Of a stretch of DNA of 56,452 nucleotides, positions 36,171 to 46,029 are shown one piece after another (within the stretch, counting starts at the first letter, position 1; the number at the start of each line of letters is the position of its first letter). The stretch lies in contig CAMWSY010000001.1 of assembly GCA_947176995.1 (NCBI GenBank), forward strand, positions 1 to 56,452, in the 5' to 3' direction. The notes beneath the pieces are model-generated. The model was not told the origin of the DNA. It saw only the letters and a program-made list of their open reading frames with translations, and did no database searches. Source of the stretch: an uncultured Porphyromonadaceae bacterium. GTDB taxonomy: Bacteria > Bacteroidota > Bacteroidia > Bacteroidales > Muribaculaceae. Both the position numbers and the translations under genes were made by a program.

Positions 36171-37202
36171 TCAAAACCTCACCTGCAAGATCAGCCGCTG
36201 ATAGAAATTGAAATTATCCTTGGCCGCATGAAAGTCAAGCGACGCCTCCAGTTTCACATGGTTGCTCCGTATCACGGCATACCCCACATCCGTGCGGCTG
36301 TACCACGGCGAAGCATAGTAAGGCTCACCCTGATCGAGCACCGACCCGTAGCGGCTGTAGTAGGGAAACAGCCGTCCACCGCCGTACGCCTCCTCTCTGA
36401 AACTGAAACGCCGCCAGTCGATGCACCCCTCTATCCACACACCACCGCGGCTCACCCACTTGTGGTCTGCCCCGCGGTCACGTGTCATTGATGCGAGCAC
36501 GCCGCCCTTCAGCGTCAGCCGCTCGGCCCACGTCGCCTTCTCAGTGAAATCTGCGCCGATATATGGGTTGGCAATAAAATTATCAACCACTTGCTCCTCC
36601 ACCGGGGCGTTCTTCCGTCGTGCGAGGTGATTCATCATAGCCGTGCCGCCGGCGGTCAGCACGCTGTTGCCGCCGCGTCGCCATTCGCCATCCACGATTA
36701 TGTTGAAAGCCTCGCGCTGCTTCTCTGTCTGCATCCCGCGCCAGTCCAGCACCCCTTGGACAAAACCGTGGTTTCCGCGCATCACGATCCCGGCGCCCCT
36801 TATGTTGCGCTGCACGTAGTAGCAAGAGTCGTTCCAGATGTAGTCAGGCAGACGGCGCGCAAGCTGTTCGCGGCCGAACATACCCAGCCATCCCTCCGTG
36901 CCCTCGTGGCGGTAGCGGTAGTAGAGAGTGGGCGAAACCCTGTGCCCATCCCATTCGCAACCGATAGGCTGTGTCCACACAACACCACCCATCACCGTGT
37001 GGCGTCCGTTGTCAAGGCTCAGCCCTATCTCCGGGGCAAGTTGGGTCATGAAAAACGTTTCAGCCTCGGTGTACGTCTCATCCCCCTCGCGGTTGTCAAA
37101 TATCGTCTTGAAATCGACACTCCATTCCACCGTAGGCTTCTGAGCCATGACCGCTGTTGCAGCCATGGCCCAGAAAAATGCTATGATAAACAGTCGTTTC
37201 AT
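36171..37202 (-). CDS. Predicted outer-membrane beta-barrel protein of unknown function
   Basis: Signal peptide [21 protein letters not shown], aromatic/Gly-rich alternating pattern, C-terminal ...LILQVRF. 4-bp overlap with gltX. Confidence 0.6.
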   Translation of the reverse strand: MKRLFIIAFFWAMAATAVMAQKPTVEWSVDFKTIFDNREGDETYTEAETFFMTQLAPEIGLSLDNGRHTVMGGVVWTQPIGCEWDGHRVSPTLYYRYRHEGTEGWLGMFGREQLARRLPDYIWNDSCYYVQRNIRGAGIVMRGNHGFVQGVLDWRGMQTEKQREAFNIIVDGEWRRGGNSVLTAGGTAMMNHLARRKNAPVEEQVVDNFIANPYIGADFTEKATWAERLTLKGGVLASMTRDRGADHKWVSRGGVWIEGCIDWRRFSFREEAYGGGRLFPYYSRYGSVLDQGEPYYASPWYSRTDVGYAVIRSNHVKLEASLDFHAAKDNFNFYQRLILQVRF

Positions 37203-38752
37203 TCAGTCACGGCAGGACCGTAGCCCAAGCGGTTTATCGCTGTGCGCAGGCGGCTCAGAGTCTCATCTTTCCCCAAAAGGGCAGTGATGTCAAACATGTG
37301 CGGACCCTTGCATTCACCCACCACGGCAAGTCTAAACGCATTCATCACGTTACCGAGGTGATAACCCTTCTCCTCGATCCACCCGAGCACGCGCGGTTCG
37401 ATCTCTGGCGAAGTGAAGTCACCGTATTCGCTCAGTATCCCTATGAGTTCCTCCATGATACCGCCCATTCCCTCGGTCCAGCGCTTCTTCACCGACTTGG
37501 CCTCGTAGCTCTCCGGGCGTTTGAAGAAGAATTTGGCGTGATCCCAGAGTTCACCCACGAAGTTCACGCGGCTCTTCACCAGCCCGATAGCCTTAGCTAT
37601 ATAGCGCGGGCTGAAATCCTTGGCATTGACACCCTCCTTCTCGAGCACCGGCATGAACAGTTCGGCAAGTTCCTCGTCCGATTTCTCTTGGAGATACATA
37701 TGGTTGAACCATTTACCCTTTTCGTAAGCGAATTTTGCACCCGCACGCGAGCAGTGCTCAAACGAGAACTTCTTTTCAAGCTCCTCCATCGACATGATTT
37801 CCGTGTCGTCACCCGGATTCCAGCCGAGCAGGGCAAGGAAATTCACTACAGCCTCAGGCAGATACCCCTTTTCGCGGTATCCGCTCGAAATGTCGCCGCT
37901 CTTAGGGTCATGCCACTCGAGCGGAAACACCGGGAAGCCGAGGCGGTCACCGTCGCGCTTCGAGAGTTTACCCTTACCGTCAGGTTTCAGCAGAAGCGGC
38001 AGATGCACGAAATTAGGCATCGTGTCCTCCCACCCGAAAGCCTCATAGAGAAGCACATGCAGCGGTGCCGACGGCAGCCACTCCTCGCCTCTGATCACGT
38101 GGCTCACCTCCATCAGGTGATCGTCCACGATATTTGCAAGGTGATACGTGGGCAGATCGTCTGCGCTCTTATATAGCACCTTATCGTCAAGAATGTCACT
38201 CTTTATAGTCACCTCGCCGCGCAGGAGATCGTTCACCTTCACGGCGCGTCCCGGCTCGATCTTGAAGCGCACCACATACTTCGCCCCGTCGGCGATAAGT
38301 TTGTCCACCTCCTCCTTAGGCAGCGACAGCGAGTTGCGCATCTTCATGCGGGTCGACGCGTCATACTGGAAATTGGCCGTGGCATTGCGGGCTGCTTCAA
38401 GCTCCTCAGGAGTGTCAAATGCAATGTAAGCCTTGCCGTTGTCGAGAAGTTCCTGCACATACTTCCGGTAGATGTCGCGGCGTTCGCTCTGGCGGTAAGG
38501 TCCGTGCGGCCCACCTTTCCCCACACCCTCGTCTATCTCGATACCGAGCCAATTCAGCGACTCGATGATGTATTCCTCGGCCCCCGGCACAAAACGCTGG
38601 GAATCCGTGTCCTCGATGCGGAGAAGCATGTCGCCGCCGTTCTGGCGGGCAAACAGATAGTTATAAAGAGCCGTGCGCACCCCTCCGATGTGGAGCGGGC
38701 CGGTAGGCGACGGCGCGAATCTTACTCTTACTTTCCTTTCCATTATGGTCAA
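37199..38752 (-). CDS. gltX: Glutamate--tRNA ligase
   Basis: Motifs [19 protein letters not shown] (HIGH) and KLSKR (KMSKS), 517 aa. Confidence 0.96.
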   Translation of the reverse strand: MTIMERKVRVRFAPSPTGPLHIGGVRTALYNYLFARQNGGDMLLRIEDTDSQRFVPGAEEYIIESLNWLGIEIDEGVGKGGPHGPYRQSERRDIYRKYVQELLDNGKAYIAFDTPEELEAARNATANFQYDASTRMKMRNSLSLPKEEVDKLIADGAKYVVRFKIEPGRAVKVNDLLRGEVTIKSDILDDKVLYKSADDLPTYHLANIVDDHLMEVSHVIRGEEWLPSAPLHVLLYEAFGWEDTMPNFVHLPLLLKPDGKGKLSKRDGDRLGFPVFPLEWHDPKSGDISSGYREKGYLPEAVVNFLALLGWNPGDDTEIMSMEELEKKFSFEHCSRAGAKFAYEKGKWFNHMYLQEKSDEELAELFMPVLEKEGVNAKDFSPRYIAKAIGLVKSRVNFVGELWDHAKFFFKRPESYEAKSVKKRWTEGMGGIMEELIGILSEYGDFTSPEIEPRVLGWIEEKGYHLGNVMNAFRLAVVGECKGPHMFDITALLGKDETLSRLRTAINRLGYGPAVTE

Positions 38753-38769
38753 AAAACATATCTTTCCCG

Positions 38770-38777
38770 CAAAAATA
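38770..38777 (-). promoter_or_regulatory. Candidate -7 promoter box (TATTTTTG on the minus strand) for gltX
   Basis: The + strand reads caaaaata, 18 bp upstream of the ATG at 38752. Confidence 0.35.
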
Positions 38778-38806
38778 CCAAATTTCTATAATTAACCCAA
38801 CTTTCC

Positions 38807-38814
38807 TATCTTTG
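38807..38814 (+). promoter_or_regulatory. Candidate -7 promoter box (tatctttg) for the membrane-protein/smpB operon
   Basis: Exact TAnnTTTG 21 bp upstream of the ATG at 38835. Confidence 0.4.
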
Positions 38815-38834
38815 CATACGCTTAATCCTATCTA

Positions 38835-39434
38835 ATGAAACCGTTTGACCTTACAGGCCTGAAAAAAGCCTTCGCGCTCTTTCCCACATTCTTCAAGGAG
38901 CTCCTTCAGGTAGTCATAGCCCCCCGGCAGGGGTGGCACGACGCCGAGAAGGCAGCTGCTCCCGTGCACTATCTTCTCACTCAGGGATATATCCCTTTCA
39001 TTACGATAGTGTCTCTATCGGCCTTCTGTCCTCTGCTCTATAGATCATCGGCCACTGCATCAGCTTGTCTGCTTGATGCCATAGGTGTCTTTGTCCGCTA
39101 CTTCCTCGGCTATTTTGCCGGCATATTCCTCTTGGGGTTCCTTGCCGGCAGGCTCACATCAGCATCCGAGTCACCGTCGGCCGAAAAGACCGACCGCATC
39201 GTTCTCTACACCCTCTCCACGCTTGCGCTGCTCACATTAGTCAGCAACCTCTGTCCCGTCGAGCTGGCGCTTCTGCGCATGTTGCCCCTCTACGTCGTCT
39301 ACGTCATCTGGGAGGCGTCATGGCACATGCTCATCCCGGCCGACCGTCGGCTCATCTTCCTTGGAGTCACCTTCATCTCCTGTGTGACACCTTTGCTTCT
39401 TGTCCATCTGTTCTTTACCTTGCTTAATCAATGA
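38835..39434 (+). CDS. Yip1-like multi-pass membrane protein
   Basis: 199 aa with about 5 hydrophobic helices. 4-bp overlap with smpB. Family call is tentative. Confidence 0.6.
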   Translation: MKPFDLTGLKKAFALFPTFFKELLQVVIAPRQGWHDAEKAAAPVHYLLTQGYIPFITIVSLSAFCPLLYRSSATASACLLDAIGVFVRYFLGYFAGIFLLGFLAGRLTSASESPSAEKTDRIVLYTLSTLALLTLVSNLCPVELALLRMLPLYVVYVIWEASWHMLIPADRRLIFLGVTFISCVTPLLLVHLFFTLLNQ

Positions 39435-39886
39435 AACTGTCCAAAGATATCAACATCAAGAACCGGCGCGCCACATTCGACTACGCCATATCCGACACCT
39501 ACACCGCAGGAATCGTGCTCACCGGTACCGAGATCAAGTCCATACGCCTCGGCAAAGCATCTCTTGCCGACACCTTCTGCTACGTCTACAACCACGAGGT
39601 GTGGGTTAAGAACATGTATATCGCCCCCTACTTCTACGGCACCTACAACAACCACGCCGACCGCCGGGAGCGCAAGCTTCTCCTTTCCCGCAAGGAGATA
39701 CGCGACATTGAGAAACTCGCCTCCACACCCGGCTACACCATTGTCCCGCTCAGGTTGTTCATCAGTCAGAAAGGCTACGCCAAGCTCGTCATAGGAGTCG
39801 GACGCGGTAAGAAAGAGTACGACAAACGCCAGTCCATAAAAGAACGCGACGATCGGCGCGACATGGCGCGTGCGTTCAGGCGCTGA
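39431..39886 (+). CDS. smpB: SsrA-binding protein
   Basis: NRRATFDY...[13 protein letters not shown]...KLLLSRKEI, 151 aa. Confidence 0.95.
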   Translation: MKLSKDINIKNRRATFDYAISDTYTAGIVLTGTEIKSIRLGKASLADTFCYVYNHEVWVKNMYIAPYFYGTYNNHADRRERKLLLSRKEIRDIEKLASTPGYTIVPLRLFISQKGYAKLVIGVGRGKKEYDKRQSIKERDDRRDMARAFRR

Positions 39887-40002
39887 GAAAGTCGGTAAAC
39901 CATATTGCCCCCGCAGTTGTTTTTCTTTTACTAACATTTGATTTTTACCGTGGCGTGCGGCATGCCGCATCCGCATTAAGAACTTTTTAAGAGAAAAACA
40001 TT

Positions 40003-40155
40003 ATGGCAAACAAACGTTCAAAAAAGACACAGACTTGGGTTGCGGTAGGTGCAATCATTCTCATAGCGCTTCTGCTCGTATGGCTCACGATGGCCGACCT
40101 TTGGGGCGACACCGACGTAGCGGCTTGCGTCACCGCCCTTCCGGCCATCCTCTGA
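40003..40155 (+). CDS. Small (50 aa) single-pass membrane protein, hypothetical
   Basis: Hand-translated: MANKRSKKTQTWVAVGAIILIALLLVWLTMADLWGDTDVAACVTALPAIL*. Basic N-terminus plus one TM helix. Below the ORF-track length cut-off. Confidence 0.4.
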   Translation: MANKRSKKTQTWVAVGAIILIALLLVWLTMADLWGDTDVAACVTALPAIL

Positions 40156-40215
40156 TGGTAAGACATTAGGAATTGGGCATCGCAGATGCCATAACCCGGC
40201 GAAGCCGGAGCGAAC

Positions 40216-40247
40216 CCCCATCCTGTGAGCTTCTTCACAGGATGGGG
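40216..40247. other. 13-bp perfect hairpin (ccccatcctgtga / tcacaggatgggg)
   Basis: Exact inverted repeat with loop gcttct. Only a weak U tract (ttg) follows on the + strand. Confidence 0.5.
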
Positions 40248-40398
40248 TTGCTGCGTAATAAGAGAAACAGTCTTGCAAAGACTGAACTTTAATTCATCGC
40301 ATCCACTCATTTTTTACCCCTTTTTTGTTGGATAAAACCTCACCCCTGCGTAACTTTACATCAGCAATCCGATATGCACTTGTGGCAATTTGTAACTG

Positions 40399-41844
40399 AT
40401 GGTTTTCTCTGACCTGTTTTTTCTTTTTGTATTCATTCCGGCACTCATTGTGTGCTATCGCATAGCGGCGTGGTTTGACCGCCTTGCCTCTGGCTCATCA
40501 GGTTCTAAGAAGCTGATATTCCGGAATGCCGTTCTGGTAATATTCTCCCTTGTATTCTACGCATGGGGAGAACCCGTCTACGTCTTCCTCATGATCGGGT
40601 GCGTTATCATGAACTACTTTCTCGGTCTATGGGTCGATTTTTGCCGACGCCGTTCATTTAGGCGATTAGCCCTTACGGTCGGAATCCTCCTTAATGTCGC
40701 CACACTGGGCGTGTTCAAGTATGCCGGATTTGTTTGCGCCGAGCTTGCGCGCTTCGGCATAGACCTGCCCGTGCCGCAGTTGACGCTTCCCATTGGCATC
40801 AGCTTCTATATCTTCCAGTCCATCAGCTATCTTGTCGACGTCTATCGCCTTCATGCGGCTGCACAGCGTAGTTTTGCCGGACTGTTGCTCTACATTTCCA
40901 TGTTCCCGCAGCTTGTTGCCGGTCCTATTGTGCGCTACTCCACCGTGGCGCGCGAGATCTACGACCGCCATGTCACCTCCTCCGATATTGCCGACGGAGT
41001 CTTCCGCTTCCTCATCGGGCTTGGAAAGAAAGTCATTATTGCCAATCAGATGTCAGAGATTGCCGACACATTTCTCACCGACAACCTTGCCACCCTGTCC
41101 ACACTTGGTGCGTGGGTCGGTCTGCTCGCCTTCACGCTTCAGATCTACTTCGACTTCTCCGGTTATTCCGACATGGCCATAGGCATGGGGCGTTGCATGG
41201 GATTCCATTTCCCCGAGAACTTCGACCACCCCTACACCTGCCGCTCCATCACCGACTTCTGGCGTCGTTGGCACATGTCGCTTGGCACATTCTTCCGCGA
41301 CTACATCTACATCCCCCTCGGCGGCAACCGCTCGCATCAGATATTCAACATTATAGTCGTGTGGGCATTGACCGGCTTGTGGCATGGGGCAAGCTGGAAC
41401 TTTGTTCTATGGGGCATGTATTTCGGTGTAATCCTGATAGTTGAGAAAGCCATTATGCGCTTCACCGGTCATCAGCCCGGTCACATTATAGCCATGCTGC
41501 TCGTCATTGTCGGCTGGGGCATATTCTATTACGACGACCTCGGCCACATGGAGCAGTTCTTCCGCGCCTTCTTCGGCTACGGCTCGCAGCTCTACGACTT
41601 CACTGCCGAGAGCGCCATATTCGACAAATTCTGGCTTTGGATTCTCGCCATTGTGCTTTGCCTTCCGGTTAGGCGCTGGATTTCCGAGGCTCACATAAAG
41701 CTGTGGGGCGGAAACCCCTCCCATGCCGGTGTCAGGGTCATTGAGACTTCATGCCGTGTCATCGTTGCAGTGGCGATCCTCGTCACAAGTGTCTGTCTTC
41801 TTGTAGGAGCTACCAACAATGCATTCCTCTATACACGCTTTTAG
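40399..41844 (+). CDS. MBOAT-family membrane O-acyltransferase (AlgI/DltB-like)
   Basis: 481-aa polytopic protein with FWRRWHMSLGTFFRDYIYIPLGG containing the conserved MBOAT His. Confidence 0.9.
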   Translation: MVFSDLFFLFVFIPALIVCYRIAAWFDRLASGSSGSKKLIFRNAVLVIFSLVFYAWGEPVYVFLMIGCVIMNYFLGLWVDFCRRRSFRRLALTVGILLNVATLGVFKYAGFVCAELARFGIDLPVPQLTLPIGISFYIFQSISYLVDVYRLHAAAQRSFAGLLLYISMFPQLVAGPIVRYSTVAREIYDRHVTSSDIADGVFRFLIGLGKKVIIANQMSEIADTFLTDNLATLSTLGAWVGLLAFTLQIYFDFSGYSDMAIGMGRCMGFHFPENFDHPYTCRSITDFWRRWHMSLGTFFRDYIYIPLGGNRSHQIFNIIVVWALTGLWHGASWNFVLWGMYFGVILIVEKAIMRFTGHQPGHIIAMLLVIVGWGIFYYDDLGHMEQFFRAFFGYGSQLYDFTAESAIFDKFWLWILAIVLCLPVRRWISEAHIKLWGGNPSHAGVRVIETSCRVIVAVAILVTSVCLLVGATNNAFLYTRF

Positions 41845-42937
41845 ATATATCCTTCTCCTCGCTTTCATGGCGGTTGCGTCAGGCGTTGTCGCTCAGGACG
41901 ACGTCGAGACCTCACTCACGTTCGACCGCCTGTTTGAGGAGACAACCGGCATGGAAGCCGATGCCGACCAAGGATATGTCTACATCAACAGCATCACCGC
42001 CGACGCCCCTTTCCGCCGCGTGCGCCGTGGTATTCTTGTGGTGGGCGGAGGTGACACAATCCGCGCAATGGAACCCTTCTCGGGTCCCGATGCCAATCTG
42101 GTGCGCTACGCATCCACCGTCAACGCCTATCATCGCGCACTCGGCGACAGTGTCACCGTCTACTGTATGCCCATTCCCACTCAGGCGGCCTTCTATTGTC
42201 CCGAGGACGCCGAGGAGCACACTCAGGATCAGGCGCCCGCTATGCGGCGCATCTTCTCCGAGCTCGACCCCGACGTCATTTCAGTCGATCTTTTCCCCGT
42301 TCTTGGCGAGCACGCCGCCGAGCACATCTACCTCCGCACCGATCATCACTGGGCTCCACTCGGGGCTTATTATGCCGCTCAGGAGTTCGCCATGGCAGCT
42401 ATGGTGCCGTTCCGCACCCTCGACCAGTTCGATGTGCATGAGATTCCCGGTTTTGTAGGCACGATGTTGGGGTTCTCGGGCGACCGGCGTGTGAAAAACG
42501 CCCCCGAAACGTTTGTCTACTTCACCCCGCGCGAAACATCCGTTGAGACCTACTATGTCAACTACAAGCTCGACCGCACCCGCAAGAAAATAGTTTCGGT
42601 CAGTCAGGAGTCCTCCGGCAGCTTCTTCATTCCCGCAAAAGGAGTGGCGACCTACTGCACCTTCATGGGAGGCGACAACAAGCTCACCCGGGTCGAGACC
42701 CGCGTGGGCAATGGCCGTCGCCTTGCCATACTCAAGGACAGCTACGGCAATGCGCTCCCCGCATTCCTCTTCAACTCCTTCGAGGAAATCCATGTCATTG
42801 ACTGCCGTTACTTTCCGCTCAACATCATCGCGTATCTCCGGGGGCACGGCATCACCGATGTCCTGTTCGCCAACAACATGACCCACGCCACAATGTTGCA
42901 TACCTGCGACACCTACGACACCTATCTCTCACAATAA
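41819..42937 (+). CDS. DHHW-family protein (AlgJ/AlgX-like SGNH partner of the MBOAT)
   Basis: Signal peptide. LRTDHHWAPLGAYYAAQEF (DHHW motif) and KDSYGNALP. Confidence 0.85.
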   Translation: MHSSIHAFRYILLLAFMAVASGVVAQDDVETSLTFDRLFEETTGMEADADQGYVYINSITADAPFRRVRRGILVVGGGDTIRAMEPFSGPDANLVRYASTVNAYHRALGDSVTVYCMPIPTQAAFYCPEDAEEHTQDQAPAMRRIFSELDPDVISVDLFPVLGEHAAEHIYLRTDHHWAPLGAYYAAQEFAMAAMVPFRTLDQFDVHEIPGFVGTMLGFSGDRRVKNAPETFVYFTPRETSVETYYVNYKLDRTRKKIVSVSQESSGSFFIPAKGVATYCTFMGGDNKLTRVETRVGNGRRLAILKDSYGNALPAFLFNSFEEIHVIDCRYFPLNIIAYLRGHGITDVLFANNMTHATMLHTCDTYDTYLSQ

Positions 42938-42948
42938 TGAAGTGATCA

Positions 42949-44625
42949 ATGCACCACAGGATATTCATCTTCATCATAGGCGCCCTCTTTGCCGCAATAG
43001 CCGTAGTCTTTTCCTTCTTCCCGAGGCCGGCGTTCTCCGAGCTTGAGCGGCGCGACCTCAGCCGTTTCCCTGAGTTTTCCATTGATGCGCTTATCGACGG
43101 CTCTTTCATGGAGGCTGTATCATCGTGGTTCAGTGATAGTGAGCCGTTCCGCGACGAGCTCATGACAGCAAGTATGCAGGTCAGGCATCTCATGTCCTAT
43201 CATCCCGGCGACGATGAGGACGCTGTTACATTTCATGGCAACGGCACTGTGGCGATGGACGACGACGATACCGATGAGATTGACGACCTTGCGGCTGCTG
43301 CGCCCGTGCAGGTTGCTGTCGCTGTTGATTCCCTTGCGGCTGCCCGGGTAGTGTCGTCCGCCGATTCATCGGCCGTTACCCCCGTTGCTTCCGGTTCCGG
43401 GGAAGGCGTGCCCGTTCCCCCTTCCGGCGTTGCGCCCGGCATACCGCAGCTTGTCGCCGACGACGGTCAGCCCTATGTCCCGGCCGTCGAGGAGAACGCC
43501 AAGCTCGGCAATTCAGGCATAATCATCGTGGGCTCAGGTGATAATGTGCGCGCGCTCATGGCCTACGGTGGATCACCCAAGAGCGGCCGCCGCTACGCCT
43601 CCACCCTCAATCTCTACAAAGAGACCTTCGGCCCGTCGGTCAACATCTACAGCATGGTCGTGCCGCTTGCCACTGAGTATTATTGCCCCGAGAAAGCGCG
43701 CAAGACCACGCGCCCCATCTTCCCCGTTATTAAGGCCATTAACGACTCTTTGAGAGGTGTTGTGCCGGTGGATGCCTACGGCGCTCTCGCCGCCCACGTC
43801 GACGAGCCGATATTCTTCCGCACCGACCATCACTGGGCACCCCTCGGAGCTTACTATGCCGCGCAGGATTTTGCAAAGAAAGCCGGCGTTCCATTCCTCC
43901 CGCTCGAGTCCTACGAAGCCGACACCATCCACCGCTTTGTCGGCACGATGTATGGCTACTCCAAGGACATATCCGTCAAGAAAGCACCCGAGGACTTCAT
44001 ATACTATAAACCCAAAGGTGTCGATTATCAGACGACCTATGTCATCTACCACCTGAACGAGAACTTCCATATCGTTTCCGAGACAAAGCCATTCAAGAGC
44101 AGCTACTTCAAGAAATTCAGCGATGGAGCTTCTGGTGCCTATTGCACCTTCATGGGCGGTGACCAGTGTCTGGTGAAAGTCGAGACCTCCACAAAAAACG
44201 GCCGTAAGCTCGTCATTCTCAAAGACAGCTACGGCAACGCCGTGCCATCGTTCCTTTTCGGATCGTTCGAGGAAGTTCATGTGATTGATTTCCGTTACTT
44301 TACCCGCAATATAGTGGACTATGTGCGCGACAACGGCATCACCGACATGCTGTTTGTGCACAACATCTTCAACGTTTCAGGCAGTGCCGCATCATCAGCC
44401 TACCGTCGCTTCCTCACTCAGAAGTCGGCTCACACCTCATCCCCCTCCCACACATCCGCCTCTCCGGCGAAACCCGCGTCTGCTGTTGCCGACACCGTCC
44501 CGGCAGAGACCAAGCCGGCTTTGTCCGACTCGCTCCCGCCGCTTCCCCCCGTCGAGCCATTTGTTCTCGACACACTTCCGTCGTCGGTGGAGATTCTGCC
44601 CGACACTATCCCTACAGAATTGTAA
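42949..44625 (+). CDS. DHHW-family protein, membrane-anchored paralogue with low-complexity insert and Pro/Ser-rich tail
   Basis: N-terminal TM helix. FRTDHHWAPLGAYYAAQDF and KDSYGNAVP. Acidic/Ala-rich insert (DDDDTDEIDDLAAAAPVQVAVAV...). Confidence 0.85.
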   Translation: MHHRIFIFIIGALFAAIAVVFSFFPRPAFSELERRDLSRFPEFSIDALIDGSFMEAVSSWFSDSEPFRDELMTASMQVRHLMSYHPGDDEDAVTFHGNGTVAMDDDDTDEIDDLAAAAPVQVAVAVDSLAAARVVSSADSSAVTPVASGSGEGVPVPPSGVAPGIPQLVADDGQPYVPAVEENAKLGNSGIIIVGSGDNVRALMAYGGSPKSGRRYASTLNLYKETFGPSVNIYSMVVPLATEYYCPEKARKTTRPIFPVIKAINDSLRGVVPVDAYGALAAHVDEPIFFRTDHHWAPLGAYYAAQDFAKKAGVPFLPLESYEADTIHRFVGTMYGYSKDISVKKAPEDFIYYKPKGVDYQTTYVIYHLNENFHIVSETKPFKSSYFKKFSDGASGAYCTFMGGDQCLVKVETSTKNGRKLVILKDSYGNAVPSFLFGSFEEVHVIDFRYFTRNIVDYVRDNGITDMLFVHNIFNVSGSAASSAYRRFLTQKSAHTSSPSHTSASPAKPASAVADTVPAETKPALSDSLPPLPPVEPFVLDTLPSSVEILPDTIPTEL

Positions 44626-44646
44626 AATAAATCAATACCGCTTGCA

Positions 44647-45639
44647 ATGAAAACAATACTAATTGGCATTCTCATGCTCTTAGGAGCAGCATCGGCTGTT
44701 GCCAAGGACAAAAATGATCTCCGTTTCAATGCCGATGGCGACTTCAAGATCGTTCAGTTCACCGATGTGCATTACCGCTACGGCTGGGAGGCTTCAAAAA
44801 CCGCAATCGAAAACATGACTAAGGTTCTTGAAACCGAGAAACCCGACCTCGTGGTGTTCACAGGCGATGTAATCTGCGACAAGCCGGCCGGAAAGGGACT
44901 TGATGAAGTTCTATCCGTAGTCGACAGCTTCGGCGTGCCCTTTGTGGTCACGCAGGGCAATCACGACGACGAGCAGGACATGGCGCATGAAGAGATCTAC
45001 ACTTATATTCAGAAATATAAGAACAACATCCCCACCTCCACCGGCGACGCAACCATTGAGATCAGCGATGGCAACAAAACCGCAGCCGCTCTCTACATCT
45101 TTGATTCCAACGCCTATGCGCAGATCAAGGGACTCGGCACCTATGGCTGGATTACACTTGACCAGATCAATGCCTACGTTGCCGAGAGCAAACGTCTCAC
45201 CGAGGCCAACGGCGGCACACCCCTTCCCGCACTCGCCTTCTTCCATATTCCGCTCCCTGAGTTCAAGGAGGCTTCGATGACCGACGGCGCACACCTCATC
45301 GGCACACGCCGTGAGAAAGTATGCTCCCCGGTTCTCAACAGCGGGCTCTTCACCGCCATGCGCACAGCCGGCGACGTCATGGGTGTCTTTGTCGGTCACG
45401 ACCACAACAACGACTACACCGTGTACTGGCAAGGCATCCTTCTCGCCTACGGACGTTACTCGGGCGGCAACACCATCTACAACAACCTCCGAGCCGGTGC
45501 CCGCGTCATAGTCATGCACAAAGGTGAGCGCACATTCGACACATGGCTGCGTCTGCGCGACGGCAGCGTCATCGATTCAACCGTCTACCCCGCATCCTAC
45601 ATCAACGACGACTGGAAAGACCGCAAAGAGCCAATCTGA
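44647..45639 (+). CDS. Secreted calcineurin-like metallophosphoesterase
   Basis: Signal peptide. Motifs QFTDVHY, FTGDVICD, QGNHDD, VGHDHNND. Confidence 0.88.
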   Translation: MKTILIGILMLLGAASAVAKDKNDLRFNADGDFKIVQFTDVHYRYGWEASKTAIENMTKVLETEKPDLVVFTGDVICDKPAGKGLDEVLSVVDSFGVPFVVTQGNHDDEQDMAHEEIYTYIQKYKNNIPTSTGDATIEISDGNKTAAALYIFDSNAYAQIKGLGTYGWITLDQINAYVAESKRLTEANGGTPLPALAFFHIPLPEFKEASMTDGAHLIGTRREKVCSPVLNSGLFTAMRTAGDVMGVFVGHDHNNDYTVYWQGILLAYGRYSGGNTIYNNLRAGARVIVMHKGERTFDTWLRLRDGSVIDSTVYPASYINDDWKDRKEPI

Positions 45640-45704
45640 TCTCCCGGCCACACACCATCCGACTTGTGAGGCTGTGTCATAAATGCCTCTTTCGCGGAGA
45701 GTAG

Positions 45705-45725
45705 GGACGCACGGTTCGTGCGTCC
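45705..45725 (+). repeat. REP family B hairpin
   Basis: ggacgcacg-gtt-cgtgcgtcc preceded by gagagta, as at 35602 and 8342. Confidence 0.75.
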
Positions 45726-45821
45726 TCTTGATTATCAGCCCGCAAAGTAACATACCTACTTCCGACCTGTCATCAAAGCTCCGGGCCCTCCACCTCCAAG
45801 TCCGTGCGCTCTGCGCTGTAG

Positions 45822-45955
45822 GGGCGTTGCGCAAGCACGCCCATTAGCCCGTGCAACGGGCGTCACAAGTGCCAGCACCGGGTGACCGCAGGGAACCCGG
45901 TGAAAATATGTGTATTATCATCGAGCTGCGGAGCTGCGACACACCTCCGACTTTT
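45822..45955 (+). repeat. REP family E hairpin plus structured repeat motif D, copy 3
   Basis: E: gggcgt-tgcgcaagc-acgccc (45822-45842). D: gcccg-tgcaa-cgggc (45847-61), caccggg-tgaccgcagggaa-cccggtg (45876-45902), gagctgcggagctgcgacac (45923-42), cggag/ctccg (45929-33/45945-49) then acttttaaaa. Confidence 0.7.
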
Positions 45956-46029
45956 AAAATCGCCACGCACTCTCAGAGTTCTCCGATATCTCCGAGCTCT
46001 CGGATTAATTCCACAAATCGTGATAATCT

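Noticed and set aside
39887-40398. tmRNA (ssrA) next to smpB
   Set aside because: There is no tRNA-like acceptor/T-arm and no tag-peptide reading frame (…AA-stop). Only generic hairpins are present.
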